Notes under the pieces: model-generated | The model's database searches: none | Seen by the model: the letters and a program-made list of their open reading frames with translations, nothing else | Told to the model about the DNA's origin: nothing | NCBI GenBank assembly: GCA_964188305.1 | Contig: OZ076885.1 | Source of the DNA: Podarcis bocagei | Taxonomy: Eukaryota | DNA length: 64,000 bases | Reading direction: 5' to 3' (one strand) | In this document: positions 39,849 through 51,819 of the stretch, piece after piece | How positions within the stretch are numbered: position 1 is the stretch's first letter | Layout of the letters: every line of letters begins with the position of its first letter | Program-made: the position numbers and the translations under genes

Positions 39849-39950
39849 TGTAGAAGGTAGACAGTTGCACAGGTGGTTTGCTGCTGAAATCATAGTGTTC
39901 ATAGTCGGAATCAGAGTCTTCACTAAGGGGCGTAGGCAGCACTGCCGTTG
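39849..39950 (-). CDS. CD6: CD6 cytoplasmic exon ([24 protein letters not shown])
   Basis: Near-identical to the hallmark CD6 motif [22 protein letters not shown]. Acceptor tccctttcag|, donor ACA|gtgagc, 102 nt. Confidence 0.95.
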
Positions 39951-41099
39951 CTGAAAGGGAGAAAGAAACATGAGTCCACTCGGGGAGAACCAGCAAGTGG
40001 AGCTATCAGGCAGGACTTCAGGGCACAAGTCCACGGTCAACGCAGAAATGCAGCAGGACTGACTTACTCTGGGCTACACCCAACCTTCTCTATCTGCTAC
40101 TGCCAGGGCTCTTGTGCCAGGGGATAGGTGAGTTTGATTGTTGCACAACATAGGAACCCAACACAACAGTTGCACTAGTTGAAACTCACATCACGGCAGA
40201 TTGCATGATCCGTCATGCAGCAAAGCTGCCAGCAACCTGCTTATGAATTCTCCAGCATAATAGCATTTCACTGGCACAAAATATTTCAACCATTTTATCA
40301 GATGCTTGAAATGCTGTCTTTGCTTGGCAGAGTAGATAGATAGCTTGTAGATAGACACAAACACAGAGAGACGTGAAGGAGAAATGTAACCAGTAAAATC
40401 AGAGGGAAACAAAATACAAAAAAATGACACTCTCAGACACTTACATTAAGTAACCATTCACAGAGCATTATTGATGATAAACACAAACGTCTTGGAATGG
40501 GTACTGGCATTTATACAATATTTAAAGTACTGTACCGTACAGTAGATTTTCTAGCTGTAGGCTTTTTTTGGAGTTATATTATCTATTTAAATGTTGTTGT
40601 TTTTTTTAAAAAATAACTATTTTTATGAAAATAAAATGGTTAAACTGAGAGGAATCCTGATAGGGACAATGTTATCAAAACAAACAGCATCACTGGTGGT
40701 GTGAGGCTGGTAATAACTGGGATTCAGTAGCAAATACCAGCTCTGAGGCAGGGACTTTCCTCAGGAAAACTGCCTGTTGTGATCCTGATAATTATAAAAC
40801 ACATCCAACCAGCAGCATTATTGGATAACTGCAGCAAAAAAGAGATTGGAATCATTACTGTGTCTCAGTAGCCATTATAAGGTGGGAGACACATGAGACA
40901 AGGGATAATATAGTGCTACCATTTCACTCCCAGCAGCCCATCAAGGACAGCCTTATGGGCTACTGTCTCGTAGATTCTGGCCCAAACCATCAAACATGGA
41001 AACTAGTAACTGCCAGGAAGACAGGAGAGGGTGGGGAGACAGGTGGTTGATGGAATAAGGGAGATACAAGTGATGCCAGCAAGCTATAACTTCCCATAC

Positions 41100-41228
41100 C
41101 TTCTTCTTTGGGGAGGTTTGTGGGGACTTGCTGATAGTTGTTGCGTGTTCCAGTGGCTGAGACTTGCATGATGTGATTTAGAAGGATGGGGGCAGCAGCT
41201 GAGGCACAGGGATTGGCACTATCTGCAA
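41100..41228 (-). CDS. CD6: CD6 cytoplasmic exon (VADSANPC...PILLNH...NNYQQVPTNLPKEE)
   Basis: Matches human PVMVNH...SNSYQPVPITIPKE. Acceptor atctgttttcag| (alternative AG gives start 41222), donor AAG|gtatgg. Confidence 0.9.
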
Positions 41229-43196
41229 CTGAAAACAGATATTTTATTCTGTAAGGATTCCCTTCAAAGGGACTTTGCACGCAGATAGGAGTTTGACTCT
41301 GACAACAGTGGAACTAGTGAGCCTGTGGCTTTCCAGATGTTGTCAGACTACAACTCCCATCATCCATGACCACTGGCTGGGCTGGGCTGATGGGAGGAGT
41401 CCAGCAACATCTAGAGGGCCACAGGTCCCTCATTCTATACAGGCTTCCCTTCCATTCCTCAGAGGGTGCTGAGGTGACATTCTCACAACCAACTTCCACA
41501 TGGTAATCGTATGAGTAACTATTGCGTTATCCGGGGCAGGGGGAAACCAACACCCATGCTGCCAACTGAGCAGTGGAAAAGTGAAATATTCCTCCAACAG
41601 ATGTGCTCTGTAAGAAAAGAATAGCATCTGCACATATTTACTATGGAAAGAGATGATAGTTTGGAAAGGTCCAAAGGAAATATAGGCCCTCCATAGTAAC
41701 TAAAGACAGTTTAGACATGACGTATCTGATTTTGCCGAATTTCCTTGCTTGCTCAACAACTTTGGGCAAAACATTTCACCCTGCTCTTTCTAGGTATAGT
41801 GAATTTTTAAGAGTGGGGTTTCGCAGGAAAAGCTCTGAAGCAAAAAGAAAAAAGGGTGTGGGTACTCAGACACCGAGCTTTAAATTGCAGGCTGCAGAGG
41901 AAAGTTAAGTGTTGATAAGCCCAAAGTTGCATGCCCGGGTAACATCATTCATTCACGTAAAAGAAGTAAACATGAAAGCATTTTCTGGTCATCGTACATA
42001 GCAAAATGACAACAATAAAATCCAACTGCAACCCCCCCCCCAAAGAAATCGTGATTTGACACAATTTCCATCTCATATTAAAAGCTTGAGAAAACAAAGA
42101 GGGTTTTGCCTGGCACTAAAAGGACAACAGAACAGGCACTTAGCGAACTTCCTCAGAGACAGCACCCTAGAAGTGGGGCACCACAACCAAGCAGGCCCCT
42201 TTCCCCTGTCTCAACCTGCCTCACCTCTGATGACAGGGGCACCTAGACAGGGCTGTCCTAATACCTTTTGGCCCCTGAGACAGACCCCAAAATGGCACCC
42301 CCATCCCTGCCAAGGAAGGAGGAGTGAGAGAAGATTGGAAACAATTGGGGTGGGGGTGAGGAGACAGATCAACGTTGGGATCTGCTGCTCCTGTGGATCC
42401 TGCCACCTGAGGCAGTTGCCTCACTTTACCTCATGGGCCAGACCTGCACTCAGAGGATGGTGTCTGAAGGACATTATAGTTATGCACCAGCACTCTGAAC
42501 TGTGTCTGGAAACAGACCTGGCATCAGTGTGGCTTTTTAAAGCAATGTGGAGATATGTTCTGTTCACCTGGTTGCAGTTAGCAGCTTTGCGATTGTGTGT
42601 AGCACATAATAATAATTTTTTTGCATGTAAATGTTTCAAAAGGGGGCCAAGAAGTAAGGATATGCTACTAAACTATAGGGACAAACATCTGCCAAAATGA
42701 CAGCCCGCAGGCTGGCTGAATGTTGCATCTTTAAAGCAAACGAAATGAGTTTCCGACATGAATCCATATAACCAAATGCCCATAACAGGGGAGAGATAGA
42801 GCACCGAGAGATAGTGGCTCAATTATGCACTTTTCTCTGAGAGGCTTCTAAGTCTCATTTGCAATCAACCCTTCTTCTTGAAATCTATCTGCACTCTCCT
42901 TCAGATTTCAGGAAGCATTATAGACTTGTTATAAAGGAGGCTTCTGGAAGTGGCAGGGATACACTGAGGCTGAAAAACATTTGACAGCTCATGACAGCTT
43001 CTTGGTGGCAATATGAATTCATGGCAGGGACATTTTGCAGCATTTCTGATTCCTGCCAGGAAGGAATCTGGCATCTGGCTACTTCCTATAGTAGCTGTCC
43101 AAAACACAGTATATTATATCCACTCCACCAAATTCCCCATAGCATTATTTATACGTAGGTTTCCTCCCTCTGTAGTGCTGGTGATGCCCAGCATAC

Positions 43197-43346
43197 CAAT
43201 GGTACCATTTTTCCTTCGCCTGTGTCGCAAAACGGTGATAATTAGAGTCAGAATGGCCAAAAAAAGGAGAAGACCCAGGACGATGCAGAGAATTTGCAGT
43301 ATCTGGTATGATGGTCTAACATCTAAGTTCTCAGGTGCAGTCCAAC
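43197..43346 (-). CDS. CD6: CD6 transmembrane exon
   Basis: ...ILQILCIVLGLLLFLAILTLIITVL followed by basic stop-transfer RHRRRK. Acceptor tttccatttgcag|. Two in-frame donors: ATTG|gtatgc (end 43197) or AATG|gtacca (end 43206). Confidence 0.9.
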
Positions 43347-43397
43347 CTGCAAATGGAAACATTAGCAATTGTGGGTAGGTAGTAAAGATGGACAATT

Positions 43398-43398
<1 letters not shown>

Positions 43399-43446
<48 letters not shown>
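43399..43446. repeat. (AAG)n microsatellite
   Basis: About 16 units, roughly 50 nt upstream of the CD6 TM-exon acceptor in transcript orientation. Confidence 0.95.
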
Positions 43447-43447
<1 letters not shown>

Positions 43448-44034
43448 CAATTTCAGTTGCTCTCCATTTTCCCAGTTCAGTTCATTCCATGATGATTTTT
43501 TCCCCAAGTAGGCATTAAAATATATACGCATTTTGTGCAATAACATTCTCCTAATATAGCTATTTTTTGTACACAATTATGCATGGTAGATTTATGTTGC
43601 ATTTGTGATGTCCTATTATGTTATTGTTATTCATTGTTTGTAAGGTGCTTTGGGAGTCATTTGAATGAAAAGTGGAATAGAAATACAACCAGTCAATCAG
43701 TTTTCCCCAACAGAATGCATTTTGCATGCTATTTTCAATGAATAAGCACATTTTTGTATGCATTCTTTGGTTTGCGAACCGCATGGCAAAATTGAAAGTA
43801 GTGCAGATTTCAAAGGAGAGATGCATTCTGATTTGCTAATTGGTTCAGGAAGTGTGGATTTGGAAAATTTGCATTAAATGGGAGAAGGGCAAGGAAGAGG
43901 GAAACAGCCTTCTAAGCTTGTGTTGGATTTTGTGCCATTTCTGTGTTTTCTTTGTTCTTATACCATAAATGTGTTGTTGCTGCTATTGTTGTTGCTGGTG
44001 CTGTTGTTATGAGTTTGGGAAGGGGGGAGTAGGC

Positions 44035-44470
44035 TGTATGCCAAGACCCTTCTAATGTCTGGGTGCCCTTCTAATTCCTGGAATAGCCAGGCTTGCTTCC
44101 TAATGAGGTAATGGGCCACTAAGGAATCCAGAGGAGTTAGAAAAACAAAGGCCAGAGTTGAGAGTGGAGTTATGTGTGCTGGAAGCTGGAAACAAGGCAG
44201 CCGGCTGGGAAGGCAGAACATCAGAGCCATGCCTGATTTCTCCAGGAATCCAAGGCTGCAGCTATGAGAGAAGCAAGGCCTTATGGGGGTGTTAATGCTG
44301 TGAACCCCTCCATTGCAGGCTCTGGTTGTAAATATGTGCAAATAAACCATAAACCATATTAACTCTCCAGTCTCTGCTGCACCTCATTCCAAAGGAAACA
44401 CGAATCCTGAGTAAGTGCCTGGAACCCCCGGAATCTTGCACCACTCAAGAGATTGGGGTGGCATGTAACA
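44035..44470 (+). mobile_element. Possible solo LTR
   Basis: TG...CA ends (tgtatgcc ... ggcatgtaaca) and AATAAA near 44341; no clean TSD. Confidence 0.4.
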
Positions 44471-44886
44471 TCATCACAATGATTATGATTATGACTATTA
44501 AATTTATTAACCCTAAGGTCCCAGGGCAGGTTGCAATGTTAAAGCACAACACAATATGAAAGCCAATCTAAAACAACTTAGTAGCATGGCATAATTGTGG
44601 ATGAAGACTAGTCTTACTATTTGTTTCAGTTACCCAGCTGTGCATACAGTCCCTATGTCACCTAGAGGACACAGACCAGGAACAAGGGCTATATAAAGAT
44701 AACAGCAGGTGTGGTGTGGAAAGTTTAGAGGCTGGGTGTTTGTTCAGATGGGTACTGATCACACAGGCAGACAAGACCAAACAAGCTGAGATCATGATTT
44801 CATGCTACCTCCTTTTGTATTGCCTGAGCACAAACGGGAGATGCAATACTGTCTGCAAGAGGAAGTGCCTTGAGGCTTGAACTTAC

Positions 44887-44964
44887 GTGGACTGGTCAGG
44901 TGGGAGACTGGAGTCACTGCTTCTGTCGCTTGTGTGTTTGCAGGGCCCGCCAAACCCTGTGAGC
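44887..44964 (-). CDS. CD6: CD6 stalk exon (GSQGLAGPANTQATEAVTPVSHLTSP)
   Basis: Acceptor ttttctggatttcag|, donor CAC|gtaagt, 78 nt, phase 1-1, S/T/P-rich membrane-proximal stalk. Confidence 0.85.
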
Positions 44965-45725
44965 CTGAAATCCAGAAAAGAGCACAGAAGAGTAAAGAAC
45001 CAGCAACACCTAAGGACCGTATTAGTTTTGGGGTTAGAGAGCAGGAGACTGAGAAAGAGGGTCTAGACTGCATCTTCTCGGGATCCTGGGTGGGTGAGAA
45101 GGGCCCCCCCCCCGCTCCTGCTTTTTCCTCTTAGTCCCCCCCCATAGTTTTTACAATTCTGTTTTATTGTGATTTTAAGCAAATCAGCAGCAGCACAGGG
45201 AGAGCCAGAGACCCTCCCTCATTTGCAGATACCTTTGTATTGAGCTCAGGCAGACTAAGCAGCCTGTGTTGGTTTCATGTCAGCACCCGGCAGCCATGCA
45301 GATCAGCAGAAAACAGTGTTGGGTAAAGCGCATCGCAGGCTTGGGGTAAAACAGAGAGAACTGGAAGCTCCTTTAGGCTGTGATACATGTTGTGACAGCG
45401 GCTTCTGCACCATCAAACCAGCTACCTAGCTACTCTGCAACGCAGCCAGGGCATTTTCAGGTGGTGGGTGGGTCTGTTGCCAAGTGACATCTCAATCACC
45501 CCCTTTAGAGAAGCCAAACAGCATCATGGCATGAAGTCCCTACTGAAGCAGGGAAACCAGAAGGGACCCCTTGCTTGGGCCCTGTGGCTACTATCTGTAT
45601 TGGGCTGGCATGGCATAGATTTCAACCACTCCTCTTTCCATGCAAATCACTGCAAATTGTGGTGAAATGAATTCAATAATGGAAAAATGAGAAACCAAGA
45701 AAACTGAAATTGACAGATCCTGCTA

Positions 45726-45966
45726 CAGTGGAAGCTTGGTTGTCGAACGTAATCCGTTCTGGAAGACGGTTCGACTTCCGAAATGTTCAACAACTGAGGC
45801 ACAAAGGGCTGTTGGAAATTTCCACTGAGAAAATGGAAAAACATGCAGCGGAAGCTATTTGGCTTCCGAGGTGTGTTTGAAAACGAAAGCATTTACTTCC
45901 GGGTTTTCGGCATACAGTTTCCAAAGCATTCGGCTTCTGAGACACTCGAAAACTGAGGTTCCACTC
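45726..45966. mobile_element. Tigger-like MITE
   Basis: TA|cagtggaagcttgg ... gaggttccactc|TA. Confidence 0.8.
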
Positions 45967-46508
45967 TATTGCTATGTGTTGTTCACTCATGTCAGCAACT
46001 GACACCAGCCTGCTGCTGTAAAGGGTTTAATGGTGTGCCTCGTTAAGCTCTAATTATCACTCGGTGAGATTTCTGCACCTGATTGCTATTCAGCTCCCAC
46101 CTTACCATTTTTCTTCTTTATATACCTACCAATTAAGATTTTATTTTATGCATCCAATGAATGGGGCCCAAGTTTATGAAAGGTTATGCCATAATAAATT
46201 TGCTAGTCATTAAGGTGCCTCATGGAAGCACTTGGATCATTTTTTGGACTGGTAGCAAACAGGGAACAAATAGCCCAGTTCACCAACGTGATCAGCTATG
46301 CCTGTAGGGGGAAGAACCCCTGGCTCCAGGTGGGATTTCTGTCTCCATTTCAGCTAGTGATCTAAATCTGGCCTGTCTTTACTCTGGAATTCTTTTAGGC
46401 ATGTGATCTATTCTTGGCTTCACCTTCTGCAGATAGTCCACAGGTGAGAATGTGTTAAATGGATATTGATGTCTGGCAAGGCAGGGAAGTCCTTAATCTT
46501 GAAGGGAA

Positions 46509-46529
46509 GTGGTGGTGGTGGTGGTGGTA

Positions 46530-46580
<51 letters not shown>

Positions 46581-46890
46581 ATTTATTATTTGTACCCCAC
46601 CCATCTGGCTGGGTCTCCCCAGCCACTCTGGGCGGCTTCCAACAAAGATTAAAAATACAGTAAAATGTCACACATTAAAAACTTCCCTGAACAGGGCTGC
46701 CTTCAGATGTCTTCTAAATGTCAGGTAGTTGTTTATTTCTTTGACAACTGGTGGGAGGGCATTCCACTACCGAAAAGGCCCTCTGCCTGGTTCCCTGTAG
46801 CTTTGCTTCTCGCAGTGAGGGAACCGCCAGAAGGCCCTCGGCGCTGGACCTCAGCATCCGGGCAGAACGATGGGGGTGGAGACGCTCCAG
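46509..46890 (-). mobile_element. L2-like LINE 3' end with (GGT)n(AGT)n tail
   Basis: Microsatellite tail then aatttattatttgtaccccacccatctggctggg..gccactctgggcggcttcc. Confidence 0.75.
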
Positions 46891-46959
46891 GCAGATGGTG
46901 GTTAGGACTATTAATGGACAATCACTTGTCCCTGGGGATCTTGTAACACCAGAACAGGA

Positions 46960-47350
46960 CATCCAGGGAAGCTGAATGTTGAAAGATTCAGGACAGACTG
47001 CACCCCCAAAGCAGTACTTCTTCATGCAGCACATAGTTAAAACTACGGAACTTGCTCCCACAGGAGGCAGGGATGGCCACCAACTTGGAGGCTTTGAAAG
47101 AGGATTAGACAAATTCACAGAGTTTATCAATGATGGCTACTAGGCATGATGGCTATGTTCTGCCTCCACAGTTGGAAGCAGCAATACGTCTGAATGCCAG
47201 TTGCTGGAAACCACAGGCAGGGAGGGTGCTCTTGTGCTCCTGTTCTGCTCCCTGGTTTCCTATGGGCATCTGGTTGGCCACTGTGAGAACAGGACGCTGC
47301 ACTAGATGGGCCACTGGCCTGATCCAGCAGGATCTTCTGATGTTCATATC
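46960..47350 (+). mobile_element. CR1 LINE 3' fragment
   Basis: agattcaggacagac..gtacttcttcatgcagcacatagttaa..ggattagacaaattc..ggccactggcctgatccagcagg. Confidence 0.8.
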
Positions 47351-47638
47351 TGCCTGTTTCACTTGCTCTCGGTTTCTCTTCCCCCCCAGGCTTAAGTTCA
47401 GGGCTTGGTCGGAGAATGGCACTGCAAAATTGAATTCCCAAGGAGGGTGGCATTTTGGTTCACACAGCACTTGGGAAAGTTCAGATGACATAGCTTTGCC
47501 TTTAAACGCCAACTGAATCAGAGTTCTCCCCTGTCCTTACCTGTTCTTACCATTAACTACCTCTGTGGTTGAAATCTGCACCGGAGAGAGGGAGAGAAAA
47601 AGAGAAGGCATACTGGAGGCACCAGCTAGGGCAATTAC

Positions 47639-47947
47639 CATTGCAGATCACACCAGCAGCTCCAAACTGGGCAGCGCACACATTGCTATTGTTGTAGAGC
47701 CAGCTGCAGCTGGCGAGCGAGTTTTCTGTTCCGGAGCAGTCATAGTACATCTTGCCCATCAGCGTGTGGTTGAAAGGCACTCTTGGGACTGAGGCCTTCT
47801 CACTGCAGTTCAATGAGTGACAGAGCACATCAGCCTCATCCTGGTACCAGTTGCCATCACACACAGTGTTCCAGGTGCCCCGGTAATAAACCTCCACTCG
47901 GCCGGCACAAGCATCTAGTCCTTCTGACAGCCGCCACTCCTGGTGCT
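47639..47947 (-). CDS. CD6: CD6 SRCR exon (equivalent of mammalian domain 3, CD166/ALCAM-binding)
   Basis: EHQEWRL...WNTVCDGNWYQDEADVLC...GKMYYDC...CSWLYNNSNVC...VICN matches human d3 (EHQSWRL...WNTVCDSEWY...RMYYSC...CSWRFNNSNLC). Acceptor acctccgcag|, donor ATG|gtaatt, 309 nt. Confidence 0.95.
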
Positions 47948-49557
47948 CTGCGGAGGTGATGGGAGTGAGGGAGAGAAATAGAATCAGCAAAGATAAAACA
48001 GCTGAGGAAATGCCACTCTTATGCTGTAACACGCTGCTACATTATCAGCACCAGTGATTTCCTTTTCTTGTAGGCCAGAGCTATATCTGTTACATGGAAG
48101 GCATTTTCATGTGTGATGCTAAGAACTATAGTAGAGCAGTTTCCTGTATTTGAGGATTGAGATTGCCACGCTGATCAGAACATGTCTTCAAGTTTAAAAT
48201 GTCTCTCTTCTGTTTGCCAAATCATAACATTCAGAAACAATGGACCAAACAGAAGCTAAGGACATGGTAGGATGCCCATTTGGTTTCAAGGCTGTCATCT
48301 TCCATTTTCTGTCCCACAGTAATAAATGACGTTTTCCCTCCTTCGTCTTCCTATTATATTTTTAAAAATGAGCTCCCATCCAAAGCAGGGGGGGTGGGGA
48401 GCTTGTTGACGTTTCAATTCAGCAATGAAGACGTCAAATGCTACCATGTGTCTCAAAGTCACTTTAGGTGTCATGTGTGAAAACAGCAGGGATGTGCTTA
48501 GCATAACTTATGCTAATGTGCTTTCTGGGAAACATTCCAAGAGAAGATTCCATGGGAGGTGTGGAGGTCAGCGCAGGAGATCTCCCCATTCTTGCTAAGT
48601 GCTTACACTCTGGTTTGCAGGCCAGGCATTAAGAGCAACAGGGCTACATGTTTTTCAAGGGAGCTACATTCAGTACACATAGTTCTCAAAACACTTGCAC
48701 TACTTGCTTGGGTCTGGGACTTCATCAGAGACATAAAGTTTGTTTCACGGTTTATTATTGAAAAAAGATAAAGGTGGTCCTCCTGATGTCTCCAGCTGCC
48801 CCAGAGAAAAATCCAGGACTTGAGGGACATTTGGCCTGATCCAGGAGGGCTCTGCTTCATATATTTCTACTGATCTCTATTAAAAACAAAAAACAACACA
48901 ACCTGCGGGGAGCAGCAATTTCTCTTGAGATGGTACTGAGCTACAACTGATAAATATGTGTTGATCTTTGAGGAATAGATTTCTGCTTGATCTTTCCTAT
49001 AGCTCTGCACAAGAGATGCACTTCTGTCACACGGCTGTCATAAAATATATGCACGGGACACGAAATTTAAAGCAGGGATGTCCCAGTGTCCACATGCAGT
49101 TAACATTAGGCCAGCAACATCACTTTATCTGGTACTATACTGGGAATTCCTTTCTGTACTAGTTCTTGGCTGCTCCACCAGGCTCAGAATACAGACAAAA
49201 AGGAAAAAGGATTGAAAATGCCCTGGCTGCTTCTTCTGACAAGTTTTAATGAGTGGAAAGACTTCTGCTTCCCCTTGCCCTCCGTTACAAGTCTTGGAAT
49301 GGGGGGAAGGAAAGCAAGGATGTCAAGCAACTTCTACCCTGTCTCCTCCCACCTCCACCAATACTTCCACATTTGGTGGAGTCTCCAAGTATTAGCATGG
49401 CAATGTGAGTCTGGTCATTAAGGCCTGATCATGGGATAATGAGAGTTTGTCTCCTCCAGGATCAGGAAATGGACAGTTCTTTGGGTCGTCTGTATGAGTA
49501 GACACATGTATGCATGCACATGTGCACACACACAGAGAGAAAAATATCTGTGCTGAC

Positions 49558-49866
49558 CTGAACATATTACACCGGCATCTTCCTTGTGTCCACAGTCATG
49601 GTTCCTCTCGGATGGACAGTCCCACAGAAAAGACTCATTCCCCAAGCACTTCACTTCATCCAAATAGATGGGGCCTGTCCCCTTCTGGAAATGAGAGGCA
49701 ATAGGAGCCTGAAGAGCCCAGCCACAATGCAGTTGCAGGCACACAACTTCAGCATCAGTCAGGTCCCAGTTGTCATCACATATGGTGCCCCAGGTACCGT
49801 TGTATTCAACCTCCACTCTGCCAGAACAGTTGCTTCTTCCATCCACCAAACGTAGCCTCCGTGTTT
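49558..49866 (-). CDS. CD6: CD6 SRCR exon (equivalent of mammalian domain 2)
   Basis: [20 protein letters not shown]...[14 protein letters not shown]...CGWALQA...[14 protein letters not shown] matches human CD6 d2 (LRLVDGGGACAGRVEM...[12 protein letters not shown]). Acceptor ctttcctacag|, donor CAG|gtcagc, 309 nt. Confidence 0.95.
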
Positions 49867-51340
49867 CTGTAGGAAAGATGCAGAGAAGAGTTGGATCAGA
49901 AGTCACACAGTGGGAGAACAAAGAAATAGAAGGGTGGGTGGGGATGGATGGATGGATAGATAGATATCTAAATTTACAGATCTAAATTTAATATAGTACA
50001 ACTTGCTAAAACAGCAAGGCAAAGAAATCCCATACATTCCAAAGCTCCGAACATCCTTATGTTACTTGGGAAATTCAGATCTGGCATGGATAGATACATG
50101 TATGAAGCTGATGTATTGAGTTGGTTCATGCATGCCTGTCCATCACTTGATGACTCACAGGTAGGAATGGTCCTCACAGATATATCCATGGTTTTATCTT
50201 ACTAAACATTTACACAAGTGCAACAACTTTTGGCTGCAGAATGTAAGTCCCCCACCATCTCCTCTCCCCATGCAGCCCCACCCAAATCTGCTTGGGTTTT
50301 CCCCCAACTCGGGGGTGCATGGGGAAAGGAGAGGGTGGGGAACTTACATTGTGCAGCTAAAAGATGTTGCACTAGCATTACTAAACAGTTGGATACCTCC
50401 CACCGATAGAACTTTCATATCCCCTCATTTCCCCTCACTTTGCAATGAGGGCTTCCTTCCCCGCAAATGAATCAGTTTGTCATATTCAGCTGCCAATTAT
50501 TCAGGTCCAGTTCACACATGCAGCAAAATAAGATGGGGGAGTCAGGTGGTTGCATGGACTGCAGCTCAGTCTGCATGTATTAAAAAAGAAGAAAAACTAC
50601 CGTAACAACACCAAAATAAATGCTTACTGACAGAAAACCAGTGCAAAGTTCTTGACTTAGAACCATTCTCCTCAGTTTGCTACGTGCAGGAAGTTAAAAG
50701 CAAAAGTGTGGAAAAGCCATTGAAAGTGGTATCCCCACCTGCAATTTGAGGATTCTACCAACTTGTTCTGTTGCATAGGTAGATGGGGCCACATTGCTAA
50801 GTAATCAAGGTCTGGTGTGCACATGCAGCAGAATAAGGTAGCAGAATTCTGGAGGGGCAAGGGGGATTGTACCACCTCAGACAGTAGGTAGAAGGATGGC
50901 ATTTTTGTTTGCTTTTCCGTGTATCAAATTTCCTGCAATTAAAACAACAACAACTAGCTCATCACGGAGAAAGGTCTCAGCCCTACCCTCTGCTGTGCCA
51001 CTTTCCTGACTGCAGAGTGTTCAGGTTTGGGATTTTTTTAATACACATATTGAAAAATATGGTTCCCCCACCTGCGGTATGAATTGATACAGCTCACTCT
51101 ACCACCTCAGGACGCTTCCAGCTCATTGCCACATCATTCTGCTCTGCATGTACAGTAGGTCCAAGTTATGAGAAATCAAGTGATAGAATTGCATGTGGGA
51201 ATGTTACCGACCCTGTGATGTTTCCGATTCTATAGCTAATGAGATAACCGGAATCCAAGAGTTGGGGAAATACAGACTGGTCCACCCACTTTTTTTTCTA
51301 TCTGAGAGGCATTCTCAGTATAGCATGGTGAAAAAGAACG

Positions 51341-51540
51341 CCGTAGCTCAGCGGAAAAGCATCTGCTTTGCACTCAGAACTTCCCTAGGTTCAATCTCTT
51401 GCATCTCCGGGTAGGACTGGGAATTATCCCCCTGCCTGAAACTCTGGAGAGCTGCTGCCGGTCAGTGTAGACAGCACTGAACTAGATGGACCAGTGGCCT
51501 TACTGTGTATAAGACTGCCTGCTCTGCTCCTATGTTCCTA
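51341..51540 (+). mobile_element. Squamate tRNA-derived SINE
   Basis: A/B-box head cgtagctcag..ggttcaatc, tail tcctatgttccta; partial relatives near 26540-26650 and 36495-36680. Confidence 0.8.
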
Positions 51541-51743
51541 AGGCATCTCGGCCTGAGGCTGTCTGGAGGGGAGCCTATTTGTTTCCTTCAGAGCTCTGCA
51601 CACAGATACATCTTTCCTCCCTCAGTCATGATTCATGAAACCAGCATGGGAGAAAAGTATGTGTGGGTTGAACACTCATAAAAAATACTATTGGCCTGGG
51701 CTCTGTACTGTATTCAGAGATTTGCAGTATTTCCAGGATTAAA

Positions 51744-51748
51744 ACACA

Positions 51749-51814
<66 letters not shown>
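51744..51814. repeat. (CA)n(GA)n microsatellite
   Basis: Seen directly. Confidence 0.95.

Positions 51815-51819
<5 letters not shown>

Noticed and set aside
42056-42700. 214-aa plus-strand ORF
   Set aside because: Antisense within a CD6 intron, overlaps a decayed hAT-like repeat, no recognisable domain.
43114-43196. Read-through past the CD6 TM exon giving a short-tailed isoform (similarly past the stalk exon to 44792)
   Set aside because: Short intronic read-through is expected by chance; nothing in the sequence shows it is used.
50628-50679. Possible extra CD6 exon (cacgtag|...|gtaagc)
   Set aside because: 52 nt, stop codon in the required phase 1, no SRCR similarity.
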